Source of the DNA: Ectothiorhodospira marina
GTDB lineage: Bacteria > Pseudomonadota > Gammaproteobacteria > Ectothiorhodospirales > Ectothiorhodospiraceae
Length of the DNA stretch: 32,000 bases
Direction of reading: 5' to 3'
Assembly (NCBI RefSeq): GCF_900109495.1
Contig: NZ_FOAA01000002.1
Location: forward strand, 220,956 to 252,955
The notes under the pieces are model-generated. The model made no database searches and was not told where the DNA came from. It saw only the letters and a list, made by a program, of their open reading frames with translations. The position numbers and the translations under genes were made by a program. Shown here one piece after another: positions 17,717 through 26,185 of this stretch (position 1 is its first letter; each line of letters opens with the position of its first letter).

Positions 17717-18832
17717 ATGATGCGTGATGAACACACCCTGCGGGTCCTGGATACGGGCCTGCGCCGGGCCGCCGAGAACCTGGCCCTGAACCGCTCCCTG
17801 CTGGAGTGCCACCAGGAGGGGCATTCCCCCCATACCCTGCGCTTCTTGCGGTTTGAGCCCTCGGCCCTGGTGGGTTTTCACCAGAACGTGGACCAGGAAC
17901 TGCTCACCGAGGTCTGCCGCGCCGAGGGCATCGACATCCAGCGCCGCATCACCGGCGGCGGGGCCATCTATTTCGATCCCACCCAGATTGGCTGGGAACT
18001 CTACGTGGACAAGCGCTTCGTGGGCTCGGCGGATATGGAAAAGATCGCCGGACGCATCTGTCGCGCGGCGGCTCGGGGCATCAGCCGCCTGGGGGTGGAT
18101 GCCCAGTTCCGTCCCCGCAACGACATCGAGGTGGACGGGCGCAAGGTGTCGGGCACCGGTGGGGCCTTCGACGGGGATTCCATCATGTACCAGGGCACCC
18201 TGCTCATCGACTTCGACGTGGAACGCATGCTGCGGGTGCTGCGCATCCCCGCCGAGAAACTCTCCAACAAGGCCATCGCCTCGGCCCGCGACCGGGTGGC
18301 CAACCTGAGCGAACTGCTGGGCGAGACGCCATCGCTTGAGGTGATCCAGCGCTCCCTGGCCGAGGCCTTTGCCGAGACCTTCAACGTGACCCTGGCCCCG
18401 GCCGAAGGCATGGATGCCGTGGAACAGGCCCGTTTCGAGCAGGCGCTCAAGGAGATCGACAGCGATGAATGGATCTACCAGCGCAACCGGCCGGCGGTGG
18501 ACTCGCCCCTGCTGGAGGCGGTGCACCGGGCACCCGGCGGTCTCATGCGGGCCGGGCTGACCCTGGATCGGGAACGGGGGCGCATTGGCCAGGTCTGGAT
18601 CACCGGCGACTTCTTCACCAACCCCCGGCGCATGCTGGTGGACCTGGAGGCCGCCCTGCGCGGTATCGCCGTGGCGGACCTGGAACGCACCCTCCACGAC
18701 TTCTTCGACGACTACCCGGTGGAGATGCTCATGCTCACCCGGGATGACTTCATCCGCGTACTGCGTCTGGCCCTGGATTCCGACGACACCGCGCCCGCCA
18801 AGGGTGACCACCCCAGCCATGCGGTCGGTTGA
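17717..18832 (+). CDS. lplA: Lipoate-protein ligase (LplA family, sLpl(AB)-type)
   Basis: LplA-like N-terminal catalytic domain (LRFLRFEPSALVGFHQN, RRITGGGAIYFD, GRKVSGTGG) plus a C-terminal accessory domain. ATG 17717 follows GGAGAGG. Confidence 0.85.
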   Translation: MMRDEHTLRVLDTGLRRAAENLALNRSLLECHQEGHSPHTLRFLRFEPSALVGFHQNVDQELLTEVCRAEGIDIQRRITGGGAIYFDPTQIGWELYVDKRFVGSADMEKIAGRICRAAARGISRLGVDAQFRPRNDIEVDGRKVSGTGGAFDGDSIMYQGTLLIDFDVERMLRVLRIPAEKLSNKAIASARDRVANLSELLGETPSLEVIQRSLAEAFAETFNVTLAPAEGMDAVEQARFEQALKEIDSDEWIYQRNRPAVDSPLLEAVHRAPGGLMRAGLTLDRERGRIGQVWITGDFFTNPRRMLVDLEAALRGIAVADLERTLHDFFDDYPVEMLMLTRDDFIRVLRLALDSDDTAPAKGDHPSHAVG

Positions 18833-19892
18833 CGTCCTGGTGGTGGGCCTGGGTCCGGCCGGGGGGAGTGCCGCCCGGGTGGCCGCCAGTCAGCGCCTGT
18901 CGGTGCTGGGGATCGATCGGCGGGCGGTGATCGGTGAGCCCGTGCAATGCGCCGAGTTCATCCCCCTGCCCATGGGCAGCTATGCCCGGGACCCCAGCGT
19001 TTTCTCCCAGCCCATCGATCACATGACCACCCTGCTGCCCTCCGGCACCTGCCGGGAGTCGGATTTTCCGGGGATCATGATCAACCGGGCCGCCTTCGAT
19101 CAGGCCATTGCCGACCGTGCAAGGGAGCAGGGGGCCACCCTCTGGACCGACACCACGCTGCTGGATGTGGACCCCAAGGCCCGCACGGCCCGGATCCGGC
19201 ATGAGGGCCGCGAGCACAGCGTGGCCTTCCGTTCGCTGGTGGCGGCCGATGGCCCCCACTCCACGGTGGCCGCCCGACTGGGCTGGCCCGCCCTGCACAC
19301 CGTGCAGACACGCCAGTACACCGTGCCCCTGAAACACGCCCGGAACGACACCGTCATCTGGCTCTCTCCCGATTATCCCGGCGGCTATGCCTGGCTGTTC
19401 CCCCGCGGGGAGCAGGCCAACCTGGGCCTGGGGATGGACAAGACCCTGGCACCGGACCTGAAGACCCCGCTGGATACCCTGCACCGGGACCTGGTGGAGG
19501 CCGGCTGGGTGGGCGAGGGCATCCTGCGCCGCACCGGTGGGGCCATCCCCGTGGGGGGGCTACGCCCGCAGGTGTGCCACGGCCCGGTGATCTTCGCCGG
19601 CGATGCGGCAGGCCTCACCCACCCCATCACCGGGGGCGGCATCGCCCCGGCGGTGGTCTCCGGTGAGCTGGCGGGGGAGGCGGCCGTGGCCTGGTTGCGC
19701 GGAGACGAGGATGCCCTGAAGGACTATCACGAAGACCTGCTCGACCGTTATGGCCCCAGCCTGGACCGGGCCGTGGCCCGGCGCCGCGAGCTGGCCCGGA
19801 TCTGGGATCAACCCCAGGCCCATGAGGACGCCGTGCATCGACGCGGCTGGATTGCCTTTGGCGAATACTTCAACGACCCGGTCAGCCCCTGA
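18819..19892 (+). CDS. FAD-dependent oxidoreductase (geranylgeranyl-reductase-like)
   Basis: N-terminal motif DVLVVGLGPAGGSAA and a later FAGDAAG motif. It overlaps the ligase gene by 14 nt. Confidence 0.8.
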   Translation: MRSVDVLVVGLGPAGGSAARVAASQRLSVLGIDRRAVIGEPVQCAEFIPLPMGSYARDPSVFSQPIDHMTTLLPSGTCRESDFPGIMINRAAFDQAIADRAREQGATLWTDTTLLDVDPKARTARIRHEGREHSVAFRSLVAADGPHSTVAARLGWPALHTVQTRQYTVPLKHARNDTVIWLSPDYPGGYAWLFPRGEQANLGLGMDKTLAPDLKTPLDTLHRDLVEAGWVGEGILRRTGGAIPVGGLRPQVCHGPVIFAGDAAGLTHPITGGGIAPAVVSGELAGEAAVAWLRGDEDALKDYHEDLLDRYGPSLDRAVARRRELARIWDQPQAHEDAVHRRGWIAFGEYFNDPVSP

Positions 19893-19953
19893 GCGACACG
19901 GATCCGTGAGACACGCGTGCGGGCCTGGCACCGCACCAGAGGAGGAGACAACC

Positions 19954-21105
19954 ATGAGCACACCGGAGAGCGTCGCCGCCGAGACGGTGAACTTCTATCG
20001 GCCCGATCCCTACATCAAGACCCCGGACATGCGCTCGCCTGACTATGTGCAGATGTCCACGGCCGCGGCCATCACCCTGGGGCTGGTGCGAGGCTGGATG
20101 CACCGCACCGACTGCACCCACTGCCTGAACCTGCTGGTCACCTATCCCGAGGGCTGTCGCGCCAACTGCAGCTACTGCGGCCTGGCCCGTCACCGGGAGG
20201 AATCCCAGGACTATGCGGACCGCAACTTCATCCGCGTGGACTGGCCCACCGCCCGTTACGAGGACGTGATCCAGCGGGTGCGGGACGGGGCGGATCGTGG
20301 TCGCTTCGAGCGCATGTGCATCTCCATGATCACCCACCCGGATTCCGACGCCGACACCCTGGCCCTGCTCAAGCGCTGGGTGGAGGCCGTGCCCGACATC
20401 CCCGCCTCCATCCTCTCCAACCCCACCTCCATGTCCCGGGATGATCTGGTCCAGCTCAAGGAGGCCGGGGCCCAGATCTTCACCGTGGCCCTGGACGCGG
20501 CCACACCACAGATCTTCGAGCGCACCCGCGGCGCCACGGTGGACAGCCCACACCGCTGGGACAAGTACTGGCAGACCCTGGAGTGGGCCGCCGAGATCTA
20601 TGGTCCCAAGCGCTTCGGGGTGCACCTGATCTGCGGCATGGGCGAGACGGAGCAGGAAATGCTGGAGGTGTGTCAGCGGGTGCGCGACCTGGGTGGGCAC
20701 AATCATCTGTTCGCCTTCTTCCCCGAACAGGGCTCGCTGATGGAGGACTGGTCCCCGGTGCCCCGGGCCCAGTGGCGTCGGGTGCAACTGGCCCGTTACA
20801 TCATCGACTATCGGGATGGCCGGGTGGAGGACATGCGCTTCAACGACGCCGGCGAGGTGGTGGAATACGGGCTGGAACCGGCGGAGCTGGAGGCCCTGAT
20901 CAATGAAGGCACCCCCTTCAGGACCTCCGGCTGCCCGGGGCGCTCGGATCAGGACACCGTCTCGGCCTGCACCCGCCCCTATGGCGACTCCAGCCCCACC
21001 GACATCATGTCATTCCCGTTCGCCCTCAATGAGCGGGACGTGGCGGTGGTGCGTCGGCAGATGGCCGGGGAGTCCGTGGGCACCTTCGATCACGATGCGG
21101 ACTGA
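19954..21105 (+). CDS. lipS2: Radical SAM protein, LipS2-type (BioB/LipA-like)
   Basis: Has the CxxxCxxC motif CRANCSYCGL. A GGAGGAG RBS lies 6 nt upstream of ATG 19954. Confidence 0.78.
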   Translation: MSTPESVAAETVNFYRPDPYIKTPDMRSPDYVQMSTAAAITLGLVRGWMHRTDCTHCLNLLVTYPEGCRANCSYCGLARHREESQDYADRNFIRVDWPTARYEDVIQRVRDGADRGRFERMCISMITHPDSDADTLALLKRWVEAVPDIPASILSNPTSMSRDDLVQLKEAGAQIFTVALDAATPQIFERTRGATVDSPHRWDKYWQTLEWAAEIYGPKRFGVHLICGMGETEQEMLEVCQRVRDLGGHNHLFAFFPEQGSLMEDWSPVPRAQWRRVQLARYIIDYRDGRVEDMRFNDAGEVVEYGLEPAELEALINEGTPFRTSGCPGRSDQDTVSACTRPYGDSSPTDIMSFPFALNERDVAVVRRQMAGESVGTFDHDAD

Positions 21106-21127
21106 AGCGCCGGCCCCGGGAGGCCCG

Positions 21128-21496
21128 ATGAAGAAGATCGACATCACCAATGTCAGTGACCTGCGCAACCAGCTCAACCGCTACCGGCGGGGCAAGAAGT
21201 TCGACATCCACCAGTTCAACCAGGTGGCCCGTCTGGCCTGGCTGGGCAAGGTACTGATGCAGCCCCTGGACCCGGAGGACGAGACCTGCACGGCCTTCCT
21301 GGTTTATGTGGAGCACCCAGACGAGCTGGTGGCCCATTGTCTGAGCCCCGATGAAGACCTGGTGGGCCAGATGCACATCGTGGATGGTCAGCAGGCGCAG
21401 GCCCTGATCCAGATCCTCAAGCTGGGGGTGGAGGAGCGCGCCAAGCTCTACGATGACCTGTCCCGGTCCGATTTCTACTTCCGCTACTTCTCCTGA
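21128..21496 (+). CDS. Hypothetical protein (122 aa)
   Basis: Lies 22 nt after lipS2 with a GGGAGG RBS. I recognise no motif. Confidence 0.5.
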   Translation: MKKIDITNVSDLRNQLNRYRRGKKFDIHQFNQVARLAWLGKVLMQPLDPEDETCTAFLVYVEHPDELVAHCLSPDEDLVGQMHIVDGQQAQALIQILKLGVEERAKLYDDLSRSDFYFRYFS

Positions 21497-21502
21497 GGCG
21501 CC

Positions 21503-21919
21503 ATGTCAGCCCAAGCCCCCTCCGACACGCCCCAGGTCCCCACCATCGAGGCCCGCATGGAGCGGCGCTTCATCGTCATGACCACCCGGGAGGGGTTTTT
21601 AAACGCCCTGGAGCCGGTGACGCCGGCGGGTTGGACCCGGGTGACGGTGACGGATCTGGACGATATCGGCCCCTGGAACGACATCCTGCTGCACCGCTTC
21701 ATGCTCCTGGACCTGGATGATCCGGGGGCGTTTGATCCCCTGGATGTCATCCAGACCCTGCGCATGGAGTACCAGATCAACCTGCCGGTCTTCTGCCTGG
21801 GCGGGGGTGCGGACCTGCAAGGGGAGATGCGTCTGTCCCGGGCCGACCGGTTCTTCACCGAGGCCGAGTTGCTGGAGATGCTGCCCCGGTTCTTCGAACT
21901 CTACGGCTGGGGGCGCTGA
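21503..21919 (+). CDS. Hypothetical protein with degenerate receiver (CheY-like) pattern
   Basis: Alternating strand/helix pattern RFIVMTT...FMLLDLDDP...LPVFCLGGG. The N-terminal acidic pair is replaced by TT, and no K-P motif is present. Confidence 0.5.
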   Translation: MSAQAPSDTPQVPTIEARMERRFIVMTTREGFLNALEPVTPAGWTRVTVTDLDDIGPWNDILLHRFMLLDLDDPGAFDPLDVIQTLRMEYQINLPVFCLGGGADLQGEMRLSRADRFFTEAELLEMLPRFFELYGWGR

Positions 21920-21924
21920 AGGCC

Positions 21925-22242
21925 TCAGCCCACCCAGGCGTGTTCCGTGGTGTCGATGCGGATGTCCTGGCTGAAGGTTTCGCCGTTGCCCTCGATGCTG
22001 AGGGTGCCCACCCGGGTGCCGGCGGTGTCGTAATGAAAGCGGCAGTCAAAGGTGCCGGGCATCCGGACCTGCGTCTCGCACAGGGTCTTGCCCTCGGCCA
22101 CAAAGCGGGCCTTGGCGCTACCGGTGCCGTTCAACACGGCCTGCAGACGGAACTCCTTGCCCACCGGGCGGCGATAGAACTCCGGGTCGCGATTGGCGTT
22201 GTATTGCAGGTTGTTCAGTTTGACCAGCTTGACCAGTGCCAT
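21925..22242 (-). CDS. Hypothetical protein (105 aa)
   Basis: A clean ORF convergent with the previous gene (5-nt gap). No motif recognised; probably beta-rich. Confidence 0.5.
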   Translation of the reverse strand: MALVKLVKLNNLQYNANRDPEFYRRPVGKEFRLQAVLNGTGSAKARFVAEGKTLCETQVRMPGTFDCRFHYDTAGTRVGTLSIEGNGETFSQDIRIDTTEHAWVG

Positions 22243-22322
22243 CGGCTACCCCAGTGTCGTCTTGTTTAAGGTTATGTTTATATAACCACATATCCATGCC
22301 GCATCGATAGCCCGGGAACCTC

Positions 22323-23489
22323 GTGAGCGAAAAAAATCATCTCATCCCTGGCGCGGCCACCCGCGCCGCCACCCAGGCCTACGCCGAGGCGCATCAAAGC
22401 GCCGGCCGCGTGGCCGAGGGCCACTACAGCGACTTCCCCCGCGAACACCTGCAGCTCTCCAGCCTGGGCGTGGGCAGCTTTGGCGGCGAACCCAGCCCCG
22501 CCGTGGACGCCCGCATCAGCGCCATCGTGGCCCGCGCCCTGGGTGCCGGCATCAACGTGATCGACACCGGCGCCCACTATCGCTACGGCCGCTCCCTGGC
22601 CGCCGTGGGCGCCGGCGTGCGCACCGCCCTGGAGGCCGGCGTGCCCCGGGAGGCCATGTTCCTCATCTCCAAGGGCGGCTTTCTCACCCTGCGCGGCGGC
22701 CCGCCCAAGGACATGGCCCAGTGGTTCGAGCAGGAGATCACCGCCCAGGGCCTGGGCACCCGCGAGCAACTGGCCAAGGGCGCCCACCTGCTCACCCCCG
22801 AGTACCTGAACTACCAGCTGGAGCTGTCCCGCCACCTCATGGGGGTGGAGACCCTGGACGCCTTCCTGGTGGACCAACCCGAGGTCCACATCCCCGAGCG
22901 CGGCAAGGAGGCCACCCTGCAGCAACTGGAGCCCGTGTTCGAAATGCTCGAGCGCACCGTGCAGGAAGGCCGCCTCCGCCGCTACGGCATCTCCAGCTTC
23001 GAGAGCTTTCGGGTGGAGACCGACGCCCCCCTGTTCCTGTCCCTCACATCGCTCGTGGGCCTGGCCGAACGCGCCGCCCGCACCGTCACCGGCAACCCCC
23101 AGGCCCGGCACCACTTCAAGCTGGTAATGATGCCCTTCAACCAGGTGATGCTGGAGGGCTTCACCCGCTTCAACACCGCCACCGGCCAGGGCAACGTGGC
23201 CTCACCCATCCAGGCCGCGCATCAGCTCCAGCTTTACCTCATGGCCTCCCACACCCTCCTCAAAGGCCACCTGGGCAACCAGTCCGTGGATACGGTTGCC
23301 CGCGCCCTGGCCGACCTGCCCAACCCCGCCCAAAGGGCACTGCAGTTCAATCGATCGACGCCTGGGGTGGGGACAAGCCTGGTGGGGGTCAGCACGCCGG
23401 GGCATCTGGAGGATGTGTTGGCGGTGGCGGGGTTGGGGGTGATGGCGCGGGGGGGGTATTTGGGGATGTTTGAGAGGGTGGGGGAGTAG
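22323..23489 (+). CDS. Aldo/keto reductase family oxidoreductase
   Basis: AKR-like N-terminal region (LGVGSFGG..., GINVIDTGAHYRYGRS) and a C-terminal TSLVGVSTPGHLEDVL. It has a GTG start. Confidence 0.75.
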   Translation: MSEKNHLIPGAATRAATQAYAEAHQSAGRVAEGHYSDFPREHLQLSSLGVGSFGGEPSPAVDARISAIVARALGAGINVIDTGAHYRYGRSLAAVGAGVRTALEAGVPREAMFLISKGGFLTLRGGPPKDMAQWFEQEITAQGLGTREQLAKGAHLLTPEYLNYQLELSRHLMGVETLDAFLVDQPEVHIPERGKEATLQQLEPVFEMLERTVQEGRLRRYGISSFESFRVETDAPLFLSLTSLVGLAERAARTVTGNPQARHHFKLVMMPFNQVMLEGFTRFNTATGQGNVASPIQAAHQLQLYLMASHTLLKGHLGNQSVDTVARALADLPNPAQRALQFNRSTPGVGTSLVGVSTPGHLEDVLAVAGLGVMARGGYLGMFERVGE

Positions 23490-23754
23490 GGGGTTGGCGT
23501 ACCTAAAGGGATTACGCTCTCAGGCTCTTCCTTCGTCCTACCAGGGGCGCACATCGTGGGGCACGCGCCGATACGCGCATTCCTGAAACCTGAAACGCGT
23601 CACAGAATCCGCTAATCTGTGACCCACGAACACCAAGCGTGCGTAGGACATGGAATACAGGGAGCCCGAGCAGCCTGAACGGTGCATAGCAGGAGAGTTT
23701 AGATTTCTGGGGAATACCCCGCTGGCCCTGCTGCATCGGGCATGGGGGGTGGTC

Positions 23755-25140
23755 TCAGGTATCCAGGGGGCTTCTCACGGCAAGGCCTCCACGGTTCAAC
23801 ACGTGGGTGTAAATCTGGGTGGTGGACACATCGCTGTGCCCCAGCAGTTCCTGAACGGTTCTGATGTCATAACCCTGCTCCAGCAAATGGGTCGCAAAAC
23901 TGTGCCGCAAGGTGTGGCAACTGGCTTTCTTGTGAATGCCCGTCTTTCTAGCGGCTCCCTTGACGGACTTCTGCACAGCGGTTTCGTGCAGGTGGTGGCG
24001 CCGGGCTTTACCCGAACGCGGGTCTACCGAAAGACGACCGCTGGGAAACACAAACTGCCAGCGCCATTCGCGAGGCGCGTTGGGATACTTCCGCGCCAGC
24101 GCATCAGGCAGGAGCGTTTCCCCCAGTCCCTGCTCAACATCCCTGACGTGCAGTGCACGCACGGATTCCAGGTGCTCCGTCAGCGGGCCAACCAGCGATT
24201 CCGGCAAGGGCACGATTCGGTCCTTGTTCCCCTTGCCAGATCTCACCACGATCAATCCCCGGTCAAATTCCACGTCCTGTATGCGAAGCCGCAGGCATTC
24301 CATCAGTCTCATGCCGGTCCCGTAGAGCAGAGAGGCGACCAGGGAGGGAACCCCAGTCAGTTCGTCGAGCATGCGCCGCACTTCTTCCCTGGAGAGCACC
24401 GTGGGCAATCGCCTGGGGCGTTTGGCCCTGGAAAAGGGGCCAATATCGCCAAGGGGTTGTTCAAGTACCTTACTGAACAGGAAGGCCAGCGCGTTCAAGG
24501 CTTGCTTCTGAGTACTAATGGAGACATTGCGTGTGACCGCAAGATATTGGAGGAAATCAGCCACCTGCGCAGCTCCCAGACTGGAAGGCGCCTGTCCATC
24601 GCAATGGTGGATGAATCTGCAGATCCAGCCCATATAGGATTTTTCCGTCCTGATGGACATATTGCGAGTTCGCATCACCGCAATCAGCTTTTCGAAAACA
24701 GGCTGATGGGCAAGTATCAAGGGCGCAAAGCGTTTGTCACCCACATGCCGTGCAAACTCCGCCGGTGTGAGAGGCACATACTCCCGGGCCAAGGTCGCGT
24801 GCTGTGGTTCGAGCGCCTTGGCCGAAGCGCGCCAGTAGTCCCAGTCAAACGTTTCACTCCATTCCGTGTTTACCAACTTATACAGAATCTGTATAGCGTC
24901 GATGACCTGGAGGTACTGCCAAGGCTTCAGGTTAGGGGATTCGCCCACCTTGAGCAGATAGCCCGAGACGTCGTCAGGGGTGAGGGAGGCCAGTCGTCGG
25001 CGGGGGAAAGCACGGATGAACTGCTCCGCCCGAATCCGGTACCAGCGCACCGATTCCGGCTTGATTCCTTTTTGAATCAGATGTTTGCTAAAGCGGGACC
25101 AGAAAATGCGCTCTTTGTCCGTAAGAGGAGGGTTGGCCAT
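23755..25140 (-). CDS. intI: Integron integrase IntI (tyrosine recombinase) with about 145-aa N-terminal extension
   Basis: Carries the IntI-specific insertion [43 protein letters not shown]. Catalytic motifs are also present: [47 protein letters not shown]. Confidence 0.92.
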   Translation of the reverse strand: MANPPLTDKERIFWSRFSKHLIQKGIKPESVRWYRIRAEQFIRAFPRRRLASLTPDDVSGYLLKVGESPNLKPWQYLQVIDAIQILYKLVNTEWSETFDWDYWRASAKALEPQHATLAREYVPLTPAEFARHVGDKRFAPLILAHQPVFEKLIAVMRTRNMSIRTEKSYMGWICRFIHHCDGQAPSSLGAAQVADFLQYLAVTRNVSISTQKQALNALAFLFSKVLEQPLGDIGPFSRAKRPRRLPTVLSREEVRRMLDELTGVPSLVASLLYGTGMRLMECLRLRIQDVEFDRGLIVVRSGKGNKDRIVPLPESLVGPLTEHLESVRALHVRDVEQGLGETLLPDALARKYPNAPREWRWQFVFPSGRLSVDPRSGKARRHHLHETAVQKSVKGAARKTGIHKKASCHTLRHSFATHLLEQGYDIRTVQELLGHSDVSTTQIYTHVLNRGGLAVRSPLDT

Positions 25141-25269
25141 GTCCTTGGCTCCAATCAGGGTCTGAAAAAACTGTTCCGGGATGATGCAATACTTTGGGGA
25201 TGGGTGGCAAGCTCTGAAGAATTGCAGGCATGCTATACAGAATCCGTCTTTCCTGGGGAAGGCCGATTC

Positions 25270-25289
25270 TGTCGAATATACTGTTATAT
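25270..25289 (+). other. Candidate attI core (GTTATAT crossover box)
   Basis: This is the only GTT-R-like box between intI (25140) and the first cassette ATG (25305): GTTATAT at 25283-25289. The attI arms are not defined. Confidence 0.3.
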
Positions 25290-25304
25290 TTTAGGAAGTA
25301 ATCG

Positions 25305-26171
25305 ATGAAGTACGAACAACGGATAGTGGCCTTTATTGATATATTGGGTTTTAAAGCACTTCTGAATGAGACCACTGACAAAAAAGGGAATGATGATGAG
25401 AAGGCAATTGATGCAGTGGTCTCAGCCTATGAGGCAATTAGAGATATTTGGGATTTAGATAAAAAATCCGATTATCTCGACACAAAATCATCAGACACAA
25501 AGAAAGTTTCCATTTTTTCTGACTGCCTAGTTGTATCTTTCGAGATAAACCAGCCTAGTGAAGTGTTTTTCACTTTGTTAGAAATAAAATGGCTGATAAT
25601 GAGACTTATCGCACGCAAGATATTGTGTAGAGGAGCGGTATCTCTTGGAAAATTTATCCACACTGACAATTACCTGTTTGGGCCAGCGTTAGTAGAGGCA
25701 TATACGCTAGAATCAAAGGCTGCCATGTATCCGCGAGTCATTTTAGATCACACTGTGATTGAAGCTGGAGCTAAAAACAGAGGCCTTGATCATAGCTTTA
25801 GTCAAGAGCATGAGTATGTGCAGTCACTACTTGAGCTGGACTCCGATGGCATGTACTACATAGACTACTTTTTCAAAGCCCAATCAGAACTGGATGACCC
25901 TGAATATGATTTCCCCGAATATATAGAAAATTTGGCTGAAATAATTCGTAAAGGGCTTATGGGGTCAAGCCACCATAGTAAGGCTGACATAAGAGTTAAG
26001 TATTCTTGGATGAGAGAGCGCTATAACAAGATGGTTGATATTGTCACAAACAAGAGTGCCATCCAAAGACTTAAACAATCTGGAGAGTACGATCTTTCTG
26101 AATTTTATAGTCAACTGAAGAAGATCAGCCCAAACAAATATAACAAGGCATTGCAGCGGACGAGCCGCTGA
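25305..26171 (+). CDS. Cassette 1: class III nucleotidyl-cyclase-like (palm domain) protein with unknown C-terminal half
   Basis: Three segments are collinear with the cyclase-homology domain. VAFIDILGF aligns with F-x-D-I-x-GF. IFSDCLVVSF aligns with I-G-D-x-x-M-x-x-F. CRGAVSLGKFIHTDNYLFGPALVEAYTLES aligns with R-I-G-I-H-x-G....LFGDTVNxAxRxES. An AGGAAG RBS lies 6 nt upstream. Confidence 0.55.
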   Translation: MKYEQRIVAFIDILGFKALLNETTDKKGNDDEKAIDAVVSAYEAIRDIWDLDKKSDYLDTKSSDTKKVSIFSDCLVVSFEINQPSEVFFTLLEIKWLIMRLIARKILCRGAVSLGKFIHTDNYLFGPALVEAYTLESKAAMYPRVILDHTVIEAGAKNRGLDHSFSQEHEYVQSLLELDSDGMYYIDYFFKAQSELDDPEYDFPEYIENLAEIIRKGLMGSSHHSKADIRVKYSWMRERYNKMVDIVTNKSAIQRLKQSGEYDLSEFYSQLKKISPNKYNKALQRTSR

Positions 26172-26185
26172 ATGCGGCGTTAATG
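26138..26185 (+). other. attC site 1 (very short, overlaps 3' end of cassette-1 CDS)
   Basis: R'' is ATATAAC at 26138-26144 and R' is GTTAATG at 26179-26185. GCATT-G-CAGCGG pairs with CCGCTGAATGC, leaving one extrahelical G. Confidence 0.6.

Noticed and set aside
16228-18820. Two long minus-strand ORFs (16228-17736, 502 aa; 17654-18820, 388 aa)
   Set aside because: They are shadow ORFs opposite lipS1 and the lipoate-protein ligase. Their composition is dominated by G/H/P/A/L and no motifs are present.
19882-20787. 301-aa minus-strand ORF, and the 278-aa ORF at 22278-23114
   Set aside because: They are antisense shadows of lipS2 and the aldo/keto reductase respectively.
23490-23754. Possible small RNA, terminator or ORF (74-aa minus-strand ORF 23512-23736) downstream of intI
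   Set aside because: The region has an 8-bp hairpin (GTCACAGA...TCTGTGAC, 23599-23623) and a CTGAAAC-CTGAAAC direct repeat. There is no T-tract, no tRNA-like structure, no convincing coding signal and no attC boxes, so the evidence is too weak to call a feature.
23650-25308. 552-aa ORF on the plus strand
   Set aside because: It is antisense to the integron integrase, whose motifs are unambiguous. I recognise no motifs in the plus-strand product.
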